A stretch of 64,000 bases of DNA from an uncultured Bacilli bacterium (GCA_947631295.1 CANRKU010000002.1:10274-74273), one strand, 5' to 3'; positions 19,155 through 30,920 are shown, counted from the first letter of the stretch. A program made the numbers and translations. Notes: generated by a model from the letters alone, not told the origin.

Positions 19155-19441
19155 ATTAATTCCCTCTCTCTATTAAAAATTTAATTGAAAAAATTAGATA
19201 TAATTTTTCAAAAGTTATATAACTATTGATTTAAATTTATTGTGTTGATTATACCATAAATTGAATTAAAAAACAATTTTACAACAAACTAAGGAGTAAA
19301 AATTTTTTATAGTGTACATCAATTATAATACTACAAAATAATAACAGTGAAACATACAATCGTTTCCTTGTTTTGTTTATAAAATAGTGATAAAATATAG
19401 TATTGAAATTCATTGAATATTGTAATAGTAAGGAGGTAATT

Positions 19442-21400
19442 ATGTTTAATTTAGTATCCAAATATCAGGCATCTGGAGATCAACCACAGGCTATTGATAA
19501 ATTAGTAGATGGTATTCAAAATGGAACGAAACATCAAGTTTTATTAGGAGCAACTGGAACTGGTAAAACATTTACGATTGCGAATGTAATTCAAAAAGTA
19601 AATAAGCCAACTTTAGTGCTAGCGCATAATAAGACACTAGCTGGGCAACTTTATAGTGAATTAAAAGAATTATTTCCTAATAATCATGTCTGTTATTTCG
19701 TTAGTTATTACGATTATTATCAACCGGAAGCATATGTTCCATCTACCGATACATATATTGAAAAAGATTCGTCTATTAATGATGAAATAGATGAACTGCG
19801 TCACTATGCTACAAGTTCCTTATTATCCTATGATGATGTTATTGTTGTAGCAAGTGTTAGTTGTATCTATGGTATTGGAGAAGTAGAAGAATATAAAAAT
19901 AAAATGTTAAGTCTAGGAGTAGGAGATTCTGTAGAACGAAATACCATTATGACTAAATTAGTTGAAATGATGTATGAAAGAAATGATTTTGATTTTAAAC
20001 GTGGAACTTTTCGAGTAAAAGGGGATGTTTTAGAAATTATTCCAACCAATCAAAATACCAAAGGATATCGCATTGAATTCTTTGGAGATGAAATTGATCG
20101 TATTAGTGAAATTGATACATTAACAGGAACAGTCCTACAAAATAAAAAAACAGTTAGTATTTTTCCAGCCAGTCACTTTGTTACCAGTGATGAAAAATTA
20201 ATAGAAGCCATTAAAAGAATTAAATTAGAACTGATAGATAGAATTCAATATTTTAAAGATAATAATAAACTATTAGCTGCTGAGAGAATAGAACAAAGAA
20301 CAAACTATGATTTAGAAATGCTAACAGAAACAGGTTTCTGTCGTGGTATTGAAAATTATTCTAGACATATGGCTTTACGTGGAGAAGGGGAAACACCTAC
20401 TACATTAATGGATTTCTTTCCTAAAGATTTTTTATTAGTTGTGGATGAATCACATGTTACATTACCACAAGTTAGAGGAATGTATAATGGAGATAGAGCA
20501 CGTAAAATGAATTTAGTAGATTATGGATTTAGACTTCCTAGTGCTTTAGATAATAGACCACTTAAGTTTGATGAATTCGAGAGTAAAATCAATCAAGCAA
20601 TTTATGTATCAGCAACACCTGGTGATTATGAGCTTGAAAAGACCAATCATACTTATATTGAACAGATTATTCGTCCAACAGGATTATTAGATCCAACCAT
20701 AGAAGTGAGACCAAGTGAAGGACAAATAGATGATTTAATTGGTGAAATTAAAGACCGAATTGAAAAAAATGAAAGAACTTTGATTACAACCCTTACAATT
20801 CGTATGGCAGAAGAATTAACCAACTATTTAAAAGACATTGATATTAAAGTCGCTTATTTGCATAGTGAGATTAAAACTTTAGAAAGAATGAAAATCATTC
20901 GAGATTTACGTTTAGGAAAATATGATTGTATTGTGGGAATTAATTTACTACGTGAAGGTTTAGATATTCCGGAAGTTAGTTTAATTGCGATACTAGATGC
21001 TGATAAAGAAGGATTTTTACGAAGCGAAAGAAGTTTAATTCAAACCATTGGACGTTGTGCTAGAAATGCTAGTGGACACTGTATTATGTATGCTGATAAA
21101 ATAACAGAAAGTATGGAACATGCTATTAATGAGACTATGCGTCGTCGTAGTGTTCAGGAAAAATACAATGAAGAACATGGTATCATTCCACAAACCATTC
21201 ATAAAGAAATCAGAGATTTAATTAGTAATGTAGAAGAAGAAAAAGATAATAAAAAACCAAAGAAACAAGATAAGAAAGAATTATTAAAAATGATAGAAGA
21301 AATTGAGGAAGAAATGAAAAAAGCAGCTAAAGATTTAGATTTTGAAAGAGCTATGGAATTAAGGGATGCTTTATTTGAATTAAAAGCAGAAATAGAATGA
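19442..21400 (+). CDS. uvrB: excinuclease ABC subunit B
   Basis: AAGGAGGT RBS then ATG 19442; the track start 19403 is too early. Walker A GATGTGKT, the helicase motif DESH, and the C-terminal UVR coiled-coil segment ([29 protein letters not shown]). Confidence 0.95.
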   Translation: MFNLVSKYQASGDQPQAIDKLVDGIQNGTKHQVLLGATGTGKTFTIANVIQKVNKPTLVLAHNKTLAGQLYSELKELFPNNHVCYFVSYYDYYQPEAYVPSTDTYIEKDSSINDEIDELRHYATSSLLSYDDVIVVASVSCIYGIGEVEEYKNKMLSLGVGDSVERNTIMTKLVEMMYERNDFDFKRGTFRVKGDVLEIIPTNQNTKGYRIEFFGDEIDRISEIDTLTGTVLQNKKTVSIFPASHFVTSDEKLIEAIKRIKLELIDRIQYFKDNNKLLAAERIEQRTNYDLEMLTETGFCRGIENYSRHMALRGEGETPTTLMDFFPKDFLLVVDESHVTLPQVRGMYNGDRARKMNLVDYGFRLPSALDNRPLKFDEFESKINQAIYVSATPGDYELEKTNHTYIEQIIRPTGLLDPTIEVRPSEGQIDDLIGEIKDRIEKNERTLITTLTIRMAEELTNYLKDIDIKVAYLHSEIKTLERMKIIRDLRLGKYDCIVGINLLREGLDIPEVSLIAILDADKEGFLRSERSLIQTIGRCARNASGHCIMYADKITESMEHAINETMRRRSVQEKYNEEHGIIPQTIHKEIRDLISNVEEEKDNKKPKKQDKKELLKMIEEIEEEMKKAAKDLDFERAMELRDALFELKAEIE

Positions 21401-22263
21401 AAAAGTTTAAAAAAATTTATATTGAAATTACGAATATCTGCAATTTATCCTGTTCTTTCTGTAGCCAAGATCATCGAATGAAAGAAAATATTACGCTAGA
21501 AAAAATGGAAAAAATTCTTCAAAAAATTAATCCTTATACAGATTATCTTTATCTTCATGTAAAAGGAGAACCTCTTCTTCATCCACAATTAAAAGAAATT
21601 TTAGATTTATGTAGTAAATATCATAAACAAGTCAATATTACGACCAATGGTACCTTGGTAAAAGATAGATGTGAGATATTAAAACATCCAGCAATCAGAC
21701 AAATTAATATTTCTTTGCATAGTGAAAATGAAAAACAAAATTATTTAGAAGAAATCTTTGAAACAGTGGATATCTTAAAACAGAAAATTATTGTTTATCG
21801 TTTTTGGACTATGGATGATAATAAATTAAATCAAAAATCCACTGAAATTGTGAATAAAATAATTGCATATTATCAGTTATCCCCAGAATTTGTGGATAAA
21901 GTAAAAAAAGAAAATCATATTAAAATGAGAGAAAATTTATATATCGATAAGAAAAATGAATTTATTTGGCCAAGCTTAGCAAATGATTATGTTTCTGATA
22001 GGGGATACTGTTATGCTTTAAAAGACCAATTAGCTATTTTAGTAGATGGTACCATTGTACCCTGTTGCTTAGATAGTAATGGAATCATTATTTTAGGAAA
22101 TATTTATGAACAATCACTAGAGGAAATTATAAATAGTAGTCGATTTCAAAAAATTAAAGAGGGATTTGAGAATAGAAAAATGGTGGAAGATTTGTGTAAA
22201 CACTGTAGTTTTAAAGATATACTTACTAAAAATTTCCAATCCAGAACGAGAAAAAATAATTGA
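21397..22263 (+). CDS. radical SAM domain protein with C-terminal SPASM/twitch-like Cys cluster
   Basis: CNLSCSFC (CxxxCxxC) at residues 15-22 and a GEPLL motif; C-terminal CCLDSNG..C..CKHCSF cysteines. The ATGA overlap with the uvrB stop suggests translational coupling. Substrate unknown. Confidence 0.65.
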   Translation: MKKFKKIYIEITNICNLSCSFCSQDHRMKENITLEKMEKILQKINPYTDYLYLHVKGEPLLHPQLKEILDLCSKYHKQVNITTNGTLVKDRCEILKHPAIRQINISLHSENEKQNYLEEIFETVDILKQKIIVYRFWTMDDNKLNQKSTEIVNKIIAYYQLSPEFVDKVKKENHIKMRENLYIDKKNEFIWPSLANDYVSDRGYCYALKDQLAILVDGTIVPCCLDSNGIIILGNIYEQSLEEIINSSRFQKIKEGFENRKMVEDLCKHCSFKDILTKNFQSRTRKNN

Positions 22264-22328
22264 CAACAATCGATTTCTATAATAGAATAAATCTCCTAGT
22301 TAATCATTAGGAGACAGGGGATTTGAAA

Positions 22329-22628
22329 ATGGGAATTCATAAAAAAGTATATATTGGTCATGTTGAAACTATTAATCCAGATGCCAGTGAATTGATTTCT
22401 CCAGTAGAGTCAAAAGTAGTAGCATTAAAGTTAATAGGATTTGATCATGTTAAGAAAATACCTCAATATAAGCCATTGAGAAAATATAAGGAATATTATA
22501 AAATAATGAGGGTAGAAGAAAGACCTTTGGTTAGTAGTTTAGGCAGCTTTGTAGGAGATAAACAAATTGATTATGCTTTACGAAAAACGGGAAAAGAAGA
22601 AGTAAAAAAATTAAAGAAAAGTGCTTAA
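22329..22628 (+). CDS. hypothetical small basic protein
   Basis: ORF downstream of the rSAM gene (the track starts at TTG 22323; ATG 22329 is likelier). No Cys and no recognisable domain. An upstream hairpin (22292-22313) overlaps its RBS. Confidence 0.4.
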   Translation: MGIHKKVYIGHVETINPDASELISPVESKVVALKLIGFDHVKKIPQYKPLRKYKEYYKIMRVEERPLVSSLGSFVGDKQIDYALRKTGKEEVKKLKKSA

Positions 22629-22726
22629 ATAATCTATCTAATGGATGGATTATTTTTAAAAATACTTTTCAAACAAATGTTTTACTGATATAATAATGTT
22701 GTTTTTAAAGTAATTTTAAAAAAAAG

Positions 22727-22735
22727 TGGTATAAT
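22727..22735 (+). promoter_or_regulatory. candidate extended -10 promoter element upstream of uvrA
   Basis: TGgTATAAT, 23 nt upstream of the uvrA start; no good -35 hexamer. Confidence 0.3.
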
Positions 22736-22758
22736 AACAGACAGAAAAGGTGATGTAT

Positions 22759-25566
22759 ATGGATAAAATTATTATTAAAGGTGCTAGAGAAAATAATTTA
22801 AAGAATGTAGATCTAGAACTTCCTAAAAATAAATTAATTGTAATGACAGGAGTATCAGGAAGTGGAAAATCATCACTTGCTTTTGATACAATTTATGCGG
22901 AAGGTCAAAGAAGATATGTTGAAAGTTTATCAGCTTATGCTAGACAATTTTTAGGAGGTACTGAAAAACCAGATGTAGATTCTATTGAAGGGTTATCTCC
23001 TTCTATTAGTATTGATCAAAAAACAACTTCTAAAAATCCACGTTCAACTGTTGGAACCGTTACGGAAATTTATGATTATTTAAGACTATTATTTGCTCGT
23101 ATTGGTATTCCTTATTGTCCGAATCATCATGTACCTATTTCATCCCAAAGTATCGATGAAATTGTGGATAAAATTATAGAAAATGAAGAAGGAACCAAAT
23201 TAATTATCATGGCACCTGTTGTTCATGGTGAGAAAGGAACACATAAAGATTTATTAGAAGATTTAAGAAAAGAAGGATATGTCAGAGTTCGTATTAATGG
23301 AGAAACTTTTGATTTAAGTGAAGAAATTAAGCTTGAAAAAAATAAAAAAGATAATATTGATGTCATTATTGATCGAATTGTTTTAAAAGAGGGTATTAGA
23401 AGCCGTTTAACAGAATCTGTTGAACAAGCAATTAAACTTTCTAAAGGAAAAGTCATTATTGACTATGTTGGAAACAAAGAAATAGTTTATTCTGAAAATT
23501 TTGCCTGTCCTTACTGTGATTTTTCTTTGCCAGAATTAGAACCTAGAATGTTTAGTTTTAATGCTCCATTCTGTAGTTGTCCAGACTGTAAAGGATTAGG
23601 TGTCAAATTAAAAATGGATCCTGATCTAGTAGTACCAGATGGTAGAAAAAGCTTGAGTGGAGGCGCAATTAAAACATTAACAGATGACCCTGAAGCACTT
23701 GACTATAAAAGATTAGAATGTTTATGTAATCATTATAAAATTGATATGAATAAACCTTTTGAAAAATTAACGAAAAAAGAACAGAACTATATTTTATATG
23801 GTAGCGATGAAATTATTCACTTTCAATACCAATCTAAAAGTGGTAATCTTTATAATCAAAAGGATTATTATGAAGGAATTATTAATAATCTAGAACGAAG
23901 ATATATGGAGACAAGCAGTACTTGGATTCGTGAATGGTTAGAAAATTATATGTTGGAGACAGTTTGTGAGACTTGTCATGGTGCTAGACTTCAAGATAAT
24001 GTATTATCTGTTTTAGTAGGAAAGAAAAATATTTATGAAGTAACTTGTATGAGTATTAAAGATTTGATTCCTTTTTTTGAAAATTTAAAATTAACCAAAT
24101 CTCAACAAGAAATTTCCACTTTACTAATCAAAGAAATTTTGGCACGATTAAATTTCTTAAAAAATGTTGGACTAGAATATCTAACACTTAGCCGTTCTGC
24201 AGGAACATTGTCTGGTGGTGAGGCTCAAAGAATTAGACTTGCTACTCAAATTGGTTCAAAGTTAACAGGTGTTTTATATGTTTTAGATGAACCAAGTATT
24301 GGATTACATCAAAAAGATAATGCTAAATTAATTGACTCCCTTTTAGAGATGAGAGATTTAGGAAATACTTTAATTGTGGTTGAACATGATACAGATACTA
24401 TGTTAGCTAGTGATTATTTGGTAGATGTAGGACCTGGAGCTGGTGATCATGGTGGGGAAATTATCGCTTGTGGAACACCTGAAGAAGTCATGAAAAACGA
24501 AAAAAGTATTACAGGCCGATATTTAAGTGGGAAAGAATGTATTGAAATCCCAAAAAATAGAAGAAAAGGTACAAAAAAATATATTGAAATCAAAGGAGCT
24601 CAAGAAAATAACTTAAAAAATATTGATGTTAAGTTTCCACTTGGCACATTTACTTGTGTAACAGGGGTATCTGGTAGTGGAAAAAGTAGTCTAGTAAATC
24701 AAATATTATGTAATGCTGCTTATAGTACCATTTATAAATCAAAAGTAAAACCTGGTAAACATAAAAAAATTACAGGATTAGACCAACTTGATAAAGTAGT
24801 AGAAATCTCTCAAAATCCTATTGGTAGAACCCCTCGTAGTAATCCAGCAACTTATACAGGAGTTTTTGATGAAATTAGAGATTTATTTACCACAACCAAA
24901 GAAGCAAAAATGTACGGTTTTGGAAAAGATAGATTTTCATTTAATGTAAAAGGTGGTAGATGTGAAGCTTGTCGTGGAGATGGAGTCAAAAAAATAGAAA
25001 TGCATTTTTTACCAGATGTTTATATTCCTTGTGAAGTATGTCATGGAACTAGGTATAATAGTGAAACATTAAGAATAAAATATAAAGACAAAAATATTGC
25101 GGAAGTATTAGATATGCGTGTTAGTGAAGCATTAGAATTCTTCGAAAATGTTCCTAAAATCAAATCAAAACTGCAAGTATTAGAAGATGTAGGAATTGGT
25201 TACATTAAATTAGGACAAAGTGCTACTACGCTATCCGGTGGAGAAGCAGGAAGAGTAAAACTTGCCAAAGAACTTCAAAAGAAACCAACTGGTAAAACGC
25301 TTTACATTATGGATGAACCAACAACGGGACTTCATTCAGCAGATATTAAGAGATTACTTGCAATTATTCAAAAAATAGTAGATAATAAAGATACGGTAGT
25401 TGTGATTGAACACAACCTTGATGTTATAAAATGTGCTGATTATATTATTGACCTTGGACCAACTGGTGGCGATGGAGGAGGACAAGTAATAGCAACAGGT
25501 ACTCCAGAAGAAATAGCTAAAGTCAAAGAATCAGCAACAGGGGAATTTTTAAAGAAAATACTGTAA
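22759..25566 (+). CDS. uvrA: excinuclease ABC subunit A
   Basis: AAAAGGTG RBS then ATG 22759. Two ABC modules (GVSGSGKSS x2, LSGGE x2) and zinc-finger Cys clusters (CPYCDF..CPDC; [14 protein letters not shown]). Confidence 0.95.
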   Translation: MDKIIIKGARENNLKNVDLELPKNKLIVMTGVSGSGKSSLAFDTIYAEGQRRYVESLSAYARQFLGGTEKPDVDSIEGLSPSISIDQKTTSKNPRSTVGTVTEIYDYLRLLFARIGIPYCPNHHVPISSQSIDEIVDKIIENEEGTKLIIMAPVVHGEKGTHKDLLEDLRKEGYVRVRINGETFDLSEEIKLEKNKKDNIDVIIDRIVLKEGIRSRLTESVEQAIKLSKGKVIIDYVGNKEIVYSENFACPYCDFSLPELEPRMFSFNAPFCSCPDCKGLGVKLKMDPDLVVPDGRKSLSGGAIKTLTDDPEALDYKRLECLCNHYKIDMNKPFEKLTKKEQNYILYGSDEIIHFQYQSKSGNLYNQKDYYEGIINNLERRYMETSSTWIREWLENYMLETVCETCHGARLQDNVLSVLVGKKNIYEVTCMSIKDLIPFFENLKLTKSQQEISTLLIKEILARLNFLKNVGLEYLTLSRSAGTLSGGEAQRIRLATQIGSKLTGVLYVLDEPSIGLHQKDNAKLIDSLLEMRDLGNTLIVVEHDTDTMLASDYLVDVGPGAGDHGGEIIACGTPEEVMKNEKSITGRYLSGKECIEIPKNRRKGTKKYIEIKGAQENNLKNIDVKFPLGTFTCVTGVSGSGKSSLVNQILCNAAYSTIYKSKVKPGKHKKITGLDQLDKVVEISQNPIGRTPRSNPATYTGVFDEIRDLFTTTKEAKMYGFGKDRFSFNVKGGRCEACRGDGVKKIEMHFLPDVYIPCEVCHGTRYNSETLRIKYKDKNIAEVLDMRVSEALEFFENVPKIKSKLQVLEDVGIGYIKLGQSATTLSGGEAGRVKLAKELQKKPTGKTLYIMDEPTTGLHSADIKRLLAIIQKIVDNKDTVVVIEHNLDVIKCADYIIDLGPTGGDGGGQVIATGTPEEIAKVKESATGEFLKKIL

Positions 25567-25592
25567 CTAAAGTAATAAAAACAGGTGATTAA

Positions 25593-26009
25593 ATGAATAA
25601 AACATTAAAAGTTCATATTGATAATATCTTGGATTGGAGTTTACATTTTATTAGTTATGCTATGATATTAGTATTTGTTGCAACCTTTTTTGATAGCTTC
25701 CAGATTGATGATGCCCATCTGTATACCTATGGAATCATAGCAACCTTTATCATTTTTATTCTAAACAAGACCATAAAACCTTTAATATTTTGGCTAACAG
25801 TTCCTTTAACAGGAATTACTCTAGGATTATTTTATCCATTTATAAATGTAATTATTTTAAAGTTAACAGAATGGATACTAGGATCACATTTTGAGATACA
25901 TGGAATTTTAACAGTTTTTTTTATCGCTATCTTAATATCACTAATGAATATATTTATTGATAATATCATTATCACACCAATTATGAGGAGGATTAAGAAA
26001 AATGGATAG
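25593..26009 (+). CDS. DUF360 / phage-holin-4_2-like membrane protein (YvlD-like)
   Basis: 138 aa, 4 TM. The segment KPLIFWLTVPLTGITLGLFYPFINVIILKL..GFEIHG matches the DUF360 pattern from memory. Confidence 0.5.
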   Translation: MNKTLKVHIDNILDWSLHFISYAMILVFVATFFDSFQIDDAHLYTYGIIATFIIFILNKTIKPLIFWLTVPLTGITLGLFYPFINVIILKLTEWILGSHFEIHGILTVFFIAILISLMNIFIDNIIITPIMRRIKKNG

Positions 26010-26814
26010 AGTTGCACTAGATTTAGGTTTTATACAAATATATTGGTATTCCATTTTTATATTTTTAGGAATATTGTTTGGTAGCTTTGTGATTTTAAGA
26101 GAAACAAAGAGGCAAAAAATTAATGAGGATTTTATCATCAATTTAATCTTTTATGGAATTATCTTTGGCCTTATTGGTGCTAGACTCTACTATGTTTTAT
26201 TTAACCTCGATTATTACTTAAAATATCCAATAGAAATACTGGAAGTATGGAATGGTGGTTTAGCTATTCATGGAGGCATTTTATTTGGATTATTAACAAT
26301 TATTTTTTATACAAAAAAATATCATGCTAAAACTTTAAAAGTATTAGACATCTTAGTAGTAGGCCTTATTTTAGGACAAGCTATTGGTAGATGGGGTAAT
26401 TTTTTCAATGGTGAAGCCTATGGTGCTGTTACCACATTAGAAAATCTACAAAAATTAGGGGTTCCACAATTTTTAATTCAAGGAATGTATATTAATGGTG
26501 CTTATCACCAACCTGCTTTTTTATATGAATCCATTTGGGACTTTTCTGGATTTATAGCCTTATTAATAGTTAGAAGATACAAATATTTAAAAACTGGTCA
26601 ATTAACAGGCGTATATTTAGTTTGGTATTCTGTAGGTAGATTTTTTATTGAAGGCATGCGTACAGATAGTCTAATGTTAGGTAGTATCAAAATGGCACAA
26701 TTAGTATCAATAATACTGATAATAATAGGAATATTAATGATACTTTTCTGTAAGAAAGGAACTAGGTTTGATAATCTATACAAGGATAAAGAAAAAAAAG
26801 AAATATTATTCTAA
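26002..26814 (+). CDS. lgt: prolipoprotein diacylglyceryl transferase
   Basis: Signature segments GLIGARLYYV, WNGGLAIHGGILFG and GQAIGRWGNFFNGEAYG. Confidence 0.9.
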   Translation: MDRVALDLGFIQIYWYSIFIFLGILFGSFVILRETKRQKINEDFIINLIFYGIIFGLIGARLYYVLFNLDYYLKYPIEILEVWNGGLAIHGGILFGLLTIIFYTKKYHAKTLKVLDILVVGLILGQAIGRWGNFFNGEAYGAVTTLENLQKLGVPQFLIQGMYINGAYHQPAFLYESIWDFSGFIALLIVRRYKYLKTGQLTGVYLVWYSVGRFFIEGMRTDSLMLGSIKMAQLVSIILIIIGILMILFCKKGTRFDNLYKDKEKKEILF

Positions 26815-26836
26815 GTAAAATAAAAGAGGTGATATT

Positions 26837-28537
26837 ATGGATCAATATCGAAAAATCTTAAGAGTAAAATATCAAAATAAAATATTTGATATTTTTGTAG
26901 ATGAAGAACATAAAAAGCATTTTTTAGAAGTTAGGATTGAAAATAATCAAGAACATTATTATTACCCAAATTTGAAAGATTATGTTGCATTAAACAATAT
27001 TTATAATATATCTGATAATATTCTTTATGAAAAAAAATATTCATTTCCCAAAAAAATATTAGTAACTGGAACTCTAGGAGTTATATTAGCGTTAAGTATT
27101 AAGCCAATAGAAAAAATATATACACTAGAAAAACAGAGTAATGTAACTCAATCCATAGAATTTGAACAAAGTAATTATAATTACAATTATGAAATTAAAA
27201 ATGACATGATAATAATTTATCATGCAGATGCCTTAGAAATTTTTGGATACAACAAAGTATCTTTTAACGAAGTAGAAAAGACTTTAGAAAAAAATAATGC
27301 TATCCCCAAAAAATATAAAGAATATATTCTTGAATTTATTCAAACTTTAAAAGAGCGTCTGCCAAAACTAGATTTGACAGTTTTTAACGAAAATTTAAAA
27401 GACTTAGAAATAGAAGTAGTTGAAAATGATGCATGGAGCCACGAAAATAGTGATGGTTTCTATGTTCCTTTATCCAATACCATCACTGTAAAAGAAAATT
27501 ATGCGGACGAACAAGTTGAAAAATTAGTCATGTTTCATGAATTAGTTCATACCATAAATAATGCTTATTTAACTTGTAAGGATAAGGAAACATCAACAGA
27601 ATACAAAATTGAAGTAAGCTATGATACAACGAATAATTATGGAAGGTCTTTTACAGAAGGTATGACCACTATCGTAACCGATTACTTATTATCTCCTAAT
27701 TGGGAAAATTATTTTGAAATGGATTCCCATTTGTATACTAGATATAGTCCATATGCGAATTTAGAATATCAATTTTTAATGCTAGATGAAAATTATACAG
27801 TGTATAATTTTTTAAATGGAAATGTTAAACTATTGGAGCCTCACTTGAAAAATTTAGGGTTAGAAGATATGGTAGATATCTTAGACACAAGCATGAATAC
27901 AAGTGAAAAAGATATTCAAGACCGAACTAGTTTGGAAAATCTGGAAAAAAATATTATCAACCAACGAATAGTTAAGATGATAGAAGAAGGACAATCTGAT
28001 TTAGAAATTTATCAACATCTTTGCCATTTGCCACTATATTTTAACCCAAAATATGAAACCTATACAGAAATATTGAATCAAAATAAAAATGACTGGACAT
28101 TTAGGATTGAAAATCCAACAGTAACTGAACAAGAAATTTTGGTAGATATAAATGAAATTGCTCAAAAACAAACAATTACAACGAAAAATAAAGAAATAAA
28201 AATTTATGATGAAAATAAAGTGATTTTAGAGACATCATCTGTTAATAATATACTAATTTATTCTTTGAAAAACGACACCGAAGAAAAGTACTATTTCGGT
28301 TACATTGACTATAGAAATGACACGATGTTTAATATTCTTACTAGTGAAGTAATCAACAAAGAAGATATCAAAAATAGTATACAATTGGAATCTTTAGTAA
28401 GCAATTTTGGCATAGTTAATATAAATATTAATACTAGTTTCCTAGAAACCGAATATTTGAAAAAAATAGTAAGAGAAAACGATCATATGAAACCAGAAAT
28501 AAGAGAAATAAATAGTAATAATCATAGTATAAAGTAA
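26837..28537 (+). CDS. membrane-anchored hypothetical protein with HExxH motif
   Basis: AAGAGGTG RBS. A single TM near residue 75 (ILVTGTLGVILALSI); FHELVHTINNAYL motif. No family assigned. Confidence 0.4.
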   Translation: MDQYRKILRVKYQNKIFDIFVDEEHKKHFLEVRIENNQEHYYYPNLKDYVALNNIYNISDNILYEKKYSFPKKILVTGTLGVILALSIKPIEKIYTLEKQSNVTQSIEFEQSNYNYNYEIKNDMIIIYHADALEIFGYNKVSFNEVEKTLEKNNAIPKKYKEYILEFIQTLKERLPKLDLTVFNENLKDLEIEVVENDAWSHENSDGFYVPLSNTITVKENYADEQVEKLVMFHELVHTINNAYLTCKDKETSTEYKIEVSYDTTNNYGRSFTEGMTTIVTDYLLSPNWENYFEMDSHLYTRYSPYANLEYQFLMLDENYTVYNFLNGNVKLLEPHLKNLGLEDMVDILDTSMNTSEKDIQDRTSLENLEKNIINQRIVKMIEEGQSDLEIYQHLCHLPLYFNPKYETYTEILNQNKNDWTFRIENPTVTEQEILVDINEIAQKQTITTKNKEIKIYDENKVILETSSVNNILIYSLKNDTEEKYYFGYIDYRNDTMFNILTSEVINKEDIKNSIQLESLVSNFGIVNININTSFLETEYLKKIVRENDHMKPEIREINSNNHSIK

Positions 28538-28550
28538 AGAGTGTGATTAT

Positions 28551-29498
28551 GTGAAAAAGAAAATAGTAATATTTGGTGGCGGAACAGGCCTATCACATGT
28601 ACTTCGTGAACTAAAAAATTTTCCAGTGGATATTACAGCAGTAATTGTAGTATCAGACAGTGGCAGCTCTACTGGGAGACTAAGAAAAGAATTTTTAATT
28701 CCAGGAGTAGGAGACATCAGAAAGGTCCTAAGTAGTTTATCAGAATTACCTGAAGATATAAAAAATATTATGGAATATCGCTTTGAAACATACAGCGATT
28801 TAAATGGCCACCCTTTAGGAAATTTAGTATTAACAGCAATGTTAAATAAGACAAAAAACTTGAAAACAAGTATTAACCATTTAAGTAAGCTTTTAGATGT
28901 CCGTCATAAAGTCTTACCCCTATCAGAAGATTATTTGACCTTAATGGGAGAAACAATAGAAGGTAAAATAATAGAAGGTGAGGATAATCTAACGCGTGCT
29001 AATGAAAAATATAAAAGAATATTTTACAAGGAAAAACCACATGTTGATAAAGAAATTTTAACCGCAATCAAAGAAGCAGATTTAGTCATATTATCAATGG
29101 GAAGTTTGTATACTAGTATTCTTCCACATTTATTATGCACAAAAATAACAAAAGAAATAAAACATACAAAAGCAAAAGTTATGTATTTGTGTAATACAAT
29201 GACACAACCAGGAGAAACAGACAATTTTAGAGTAAGTGATCATTTAAAAATACTAGAAAAATATTTAGGCAAAAATAGGATTAATGTAGTGGTCGCTAAT
29301 AATATGACGATCAAACCTAAGACATTCCAAAAATATAAGAGCGATGAACAAAAAGATTTTGTTTTAATCGATTATAAAAATATAAAAAACATGGGAATTG
29401 AATTAATAGAAGATGATTTATTAATCATAGGAAATGATACAGTAAAGTCCAATAGTTTGAAATTATGTTCTATTATTTTTTCTTATTTAATGAGGTGA
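28551..29498 (+). CDS. yvcK: YvcK/gluconeogenesis factor (UPF0052, CofD-like)
   Basis: GTG start. IVIFGGGTGLSHVLRELK..VIVVSDSGSSTGRLR..PGVGDIRK is the canonical YvcK N-terminus. Sits upstream of whiA, as in Bacillus. Confidence 0.85.
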   Translation: MKKKIVIFGGGTGLSHVLRELKNFPVDITAVIVVSDSGSSTGRLRKEFLIPGVGDIRKVLSSLSELPEDIKNIMEYRFETYSDLNGHPLGNLVLTAMLNKTKNLKTSINHLSKLLDVRHKVLPLSEDYLTLMGETIEGKIIEGEDNLTRANEKYKRIFYKEKPHVDKEILTAIKEADLVILSMGSLYTSILPHLLCTKITKEIKHTKAKVMYLCNTMTQPGETDNFRVSDHLKILEKYLGKNRINVVVANNMTIKPKTFQKYKSDEQKDFVLIDYKNIKNMGIELIEDDLLIIGNDTVKSNSLKLCSIIFSYLMR

Positions 29499-29502
29499 AT
29501 TT

Positions 29503-30444
29503 ATGTCTTTTACAACAACAATTAAAGAAGAAATTTCTCGAATAAAAAACACTCGCTCAGAAAGTATAGCAGAATTATCAGGATTTTTAAGAAATAATGG
29601 AACCTGTACGGATAATACGATAGATTTATTAACAGAAAATGCTACTGTTGCCAAAAGAATTTATCAATTAATAAAAGATATTTATGATGTAAACTGCGAA
29701 ATTGAAAGTCGTAAAAATATGAATTTTAGCAAGAATAATCTATATCTTATTATGATTAATGATAAAGTAGATTTTATTTTAAAAGATTTATCAATTATTT
29801 CAGAAAATGGAATTTTTTTAGATACGCCTAATGATTATATTTTGGGTTCTGAAGATGAAAAAAGAGCATATCTAAGAGGGGCTTTTTTATCAAAAGGAAG
29901 TATTAATGATCCGAAGACTGCACGATACCATTTAGAATTTCTAATTGAAGAAAAACAAGAAGCAAATTTAATATCCAATTTATTAAATGAATTTGAACTA
30001 AATAGTAAAGTATTATCCAGATCGAAAGGCTATATGGTTTATATTAAAGAAGCAGAGAAGATAGGGGATTTTCTAAGAATTATTAATGCGAATCAAGCAA
30101 TTTTATATTATGAAGATATCCGAATTTATAGAGATCATAAAAATATGACAAATCGTCTGAATAATTGTGAACAAGCCAATATCGATAAAATTGTTGAAAC
30201 AGCTACTAAACAAATTGAAGATATTGAGTATTTAAAAGAAAATTTAGCATTAGAATTACTAGATGATAAGACCAAAGAAGCAATTGAGTACCGTTTAAAA
30301 TACCCGGAAGCTTCTTTATTAGAATTAAGTGAAATTATTAGTTATGAAACTGGGAAACCAATTACGAAATCTGGTTTAAATCACCGTTTTCGTAAAATAA
30401 GGGAATTAGCTAGTAGAATGAAAAGCAATTTAAACATCAAATAA
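29503..30444 (+). CDS. whiA: DNA-binding sporulation/cell-division regulator WhiA
   Basis: 313 aa. N-terminal FTTTIKEEISRI..ELSGFLRNNG (degenerate LAGLIDADG-like) and a C-terminal HTH (KSGLNHRFRKIRELA). Conserved yvcK-whiA linkage. Confidence 0.85.
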   Translation: MSFTTTIKEEISRIKNTRSESIAELSGFLRNNGTCTDNTIDLLTENATVAKRIYQLIKDIYDVNCEIESRKNMNFSKNNLYLIMINDKVDFILKDLSIISENGIFLDTPNDYILGSEDEKRAYLRGAFLSKGSINDPKTARYHLEFLIEEKQEANLISNLLNEFELNSKVLSRSKGYMVYIKEAEKIGDFLRIINANQAILYYEDIRIYRDHKNMTNRLNNCEQANIDKIVETATKQIEDIEYLKENLALELLDDKTKEAIEYRLKYPEASLLELSEIISYETGKPITKSGLNHRFRKIRELASRMKSNLNIK

Positions 30445-30455
30445 GAGGAGTAGTT

Positions 30456-30920
30456 ATGATAAAATTAAGAACATTAAACTTAAAATTAATTGATTATAAA
30501 AATAAAGAACATTTGAGATATTTAAAATATTTAATGAAATCAAAAGATATGGGATATCTTTGGGATTTATCTAATGGGAATTTATCAGTGAATCAAAATG
30601 AACATAGATATATTGTTGAAAATCAATTTGATGAAAAAATAGGATACTTAAATATATCTTCTAAGACAGAAGCATATCATGGTGATACAGTTCGTTTGTA
30701 TTACGCAATTGATGAAAGTTACAGAGGACAATCGTTGGGTAAAAAATTAGTTGAAGAAGTAATGAATTGGTTATTTGAACAAAGAAATATAGATTGTGTT
30801 GTAGCACAAGTGGATCATAACAACAATTATAGCAAAAATGTATTAAATAAAGCAGGTATGGTAGAGGTTCAGCAAGACGATGAATATAGTATTTTTATGA
30901 AAACTAGTAGAAAGATGTAA
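30456..30920 (+). CDS. GNAT family N-acetyltransferase
   Basis: 154 aa; acetyl-CoA motif-A-like RGQSLGKKLVEEVMNWLFE. Confidence 0.55.
   Translation: MIKLRTLNLKLIDYKNKEHLRYLKYLMKSKDMGYLWDLSNGNLSVNQNEHRYIVENQFDEKIGYLNISSKTEAYHGDTVRLYYAIDESYRGQSLGKKLVEEVMNWLFEQRNIDCVVAQVDHNNNYSKNVLNKAGMVEVQQDDEYSIFMKTSRKM

Noticed and set aside
22261-22284. TTGACA ... TATAAT pair after the radical SAM gene
   Set aside because: The spacer is only ~12 bp, too short for a functional sigma-A promoter. The hairpin at 22292-22313 is kept as an observation instead.
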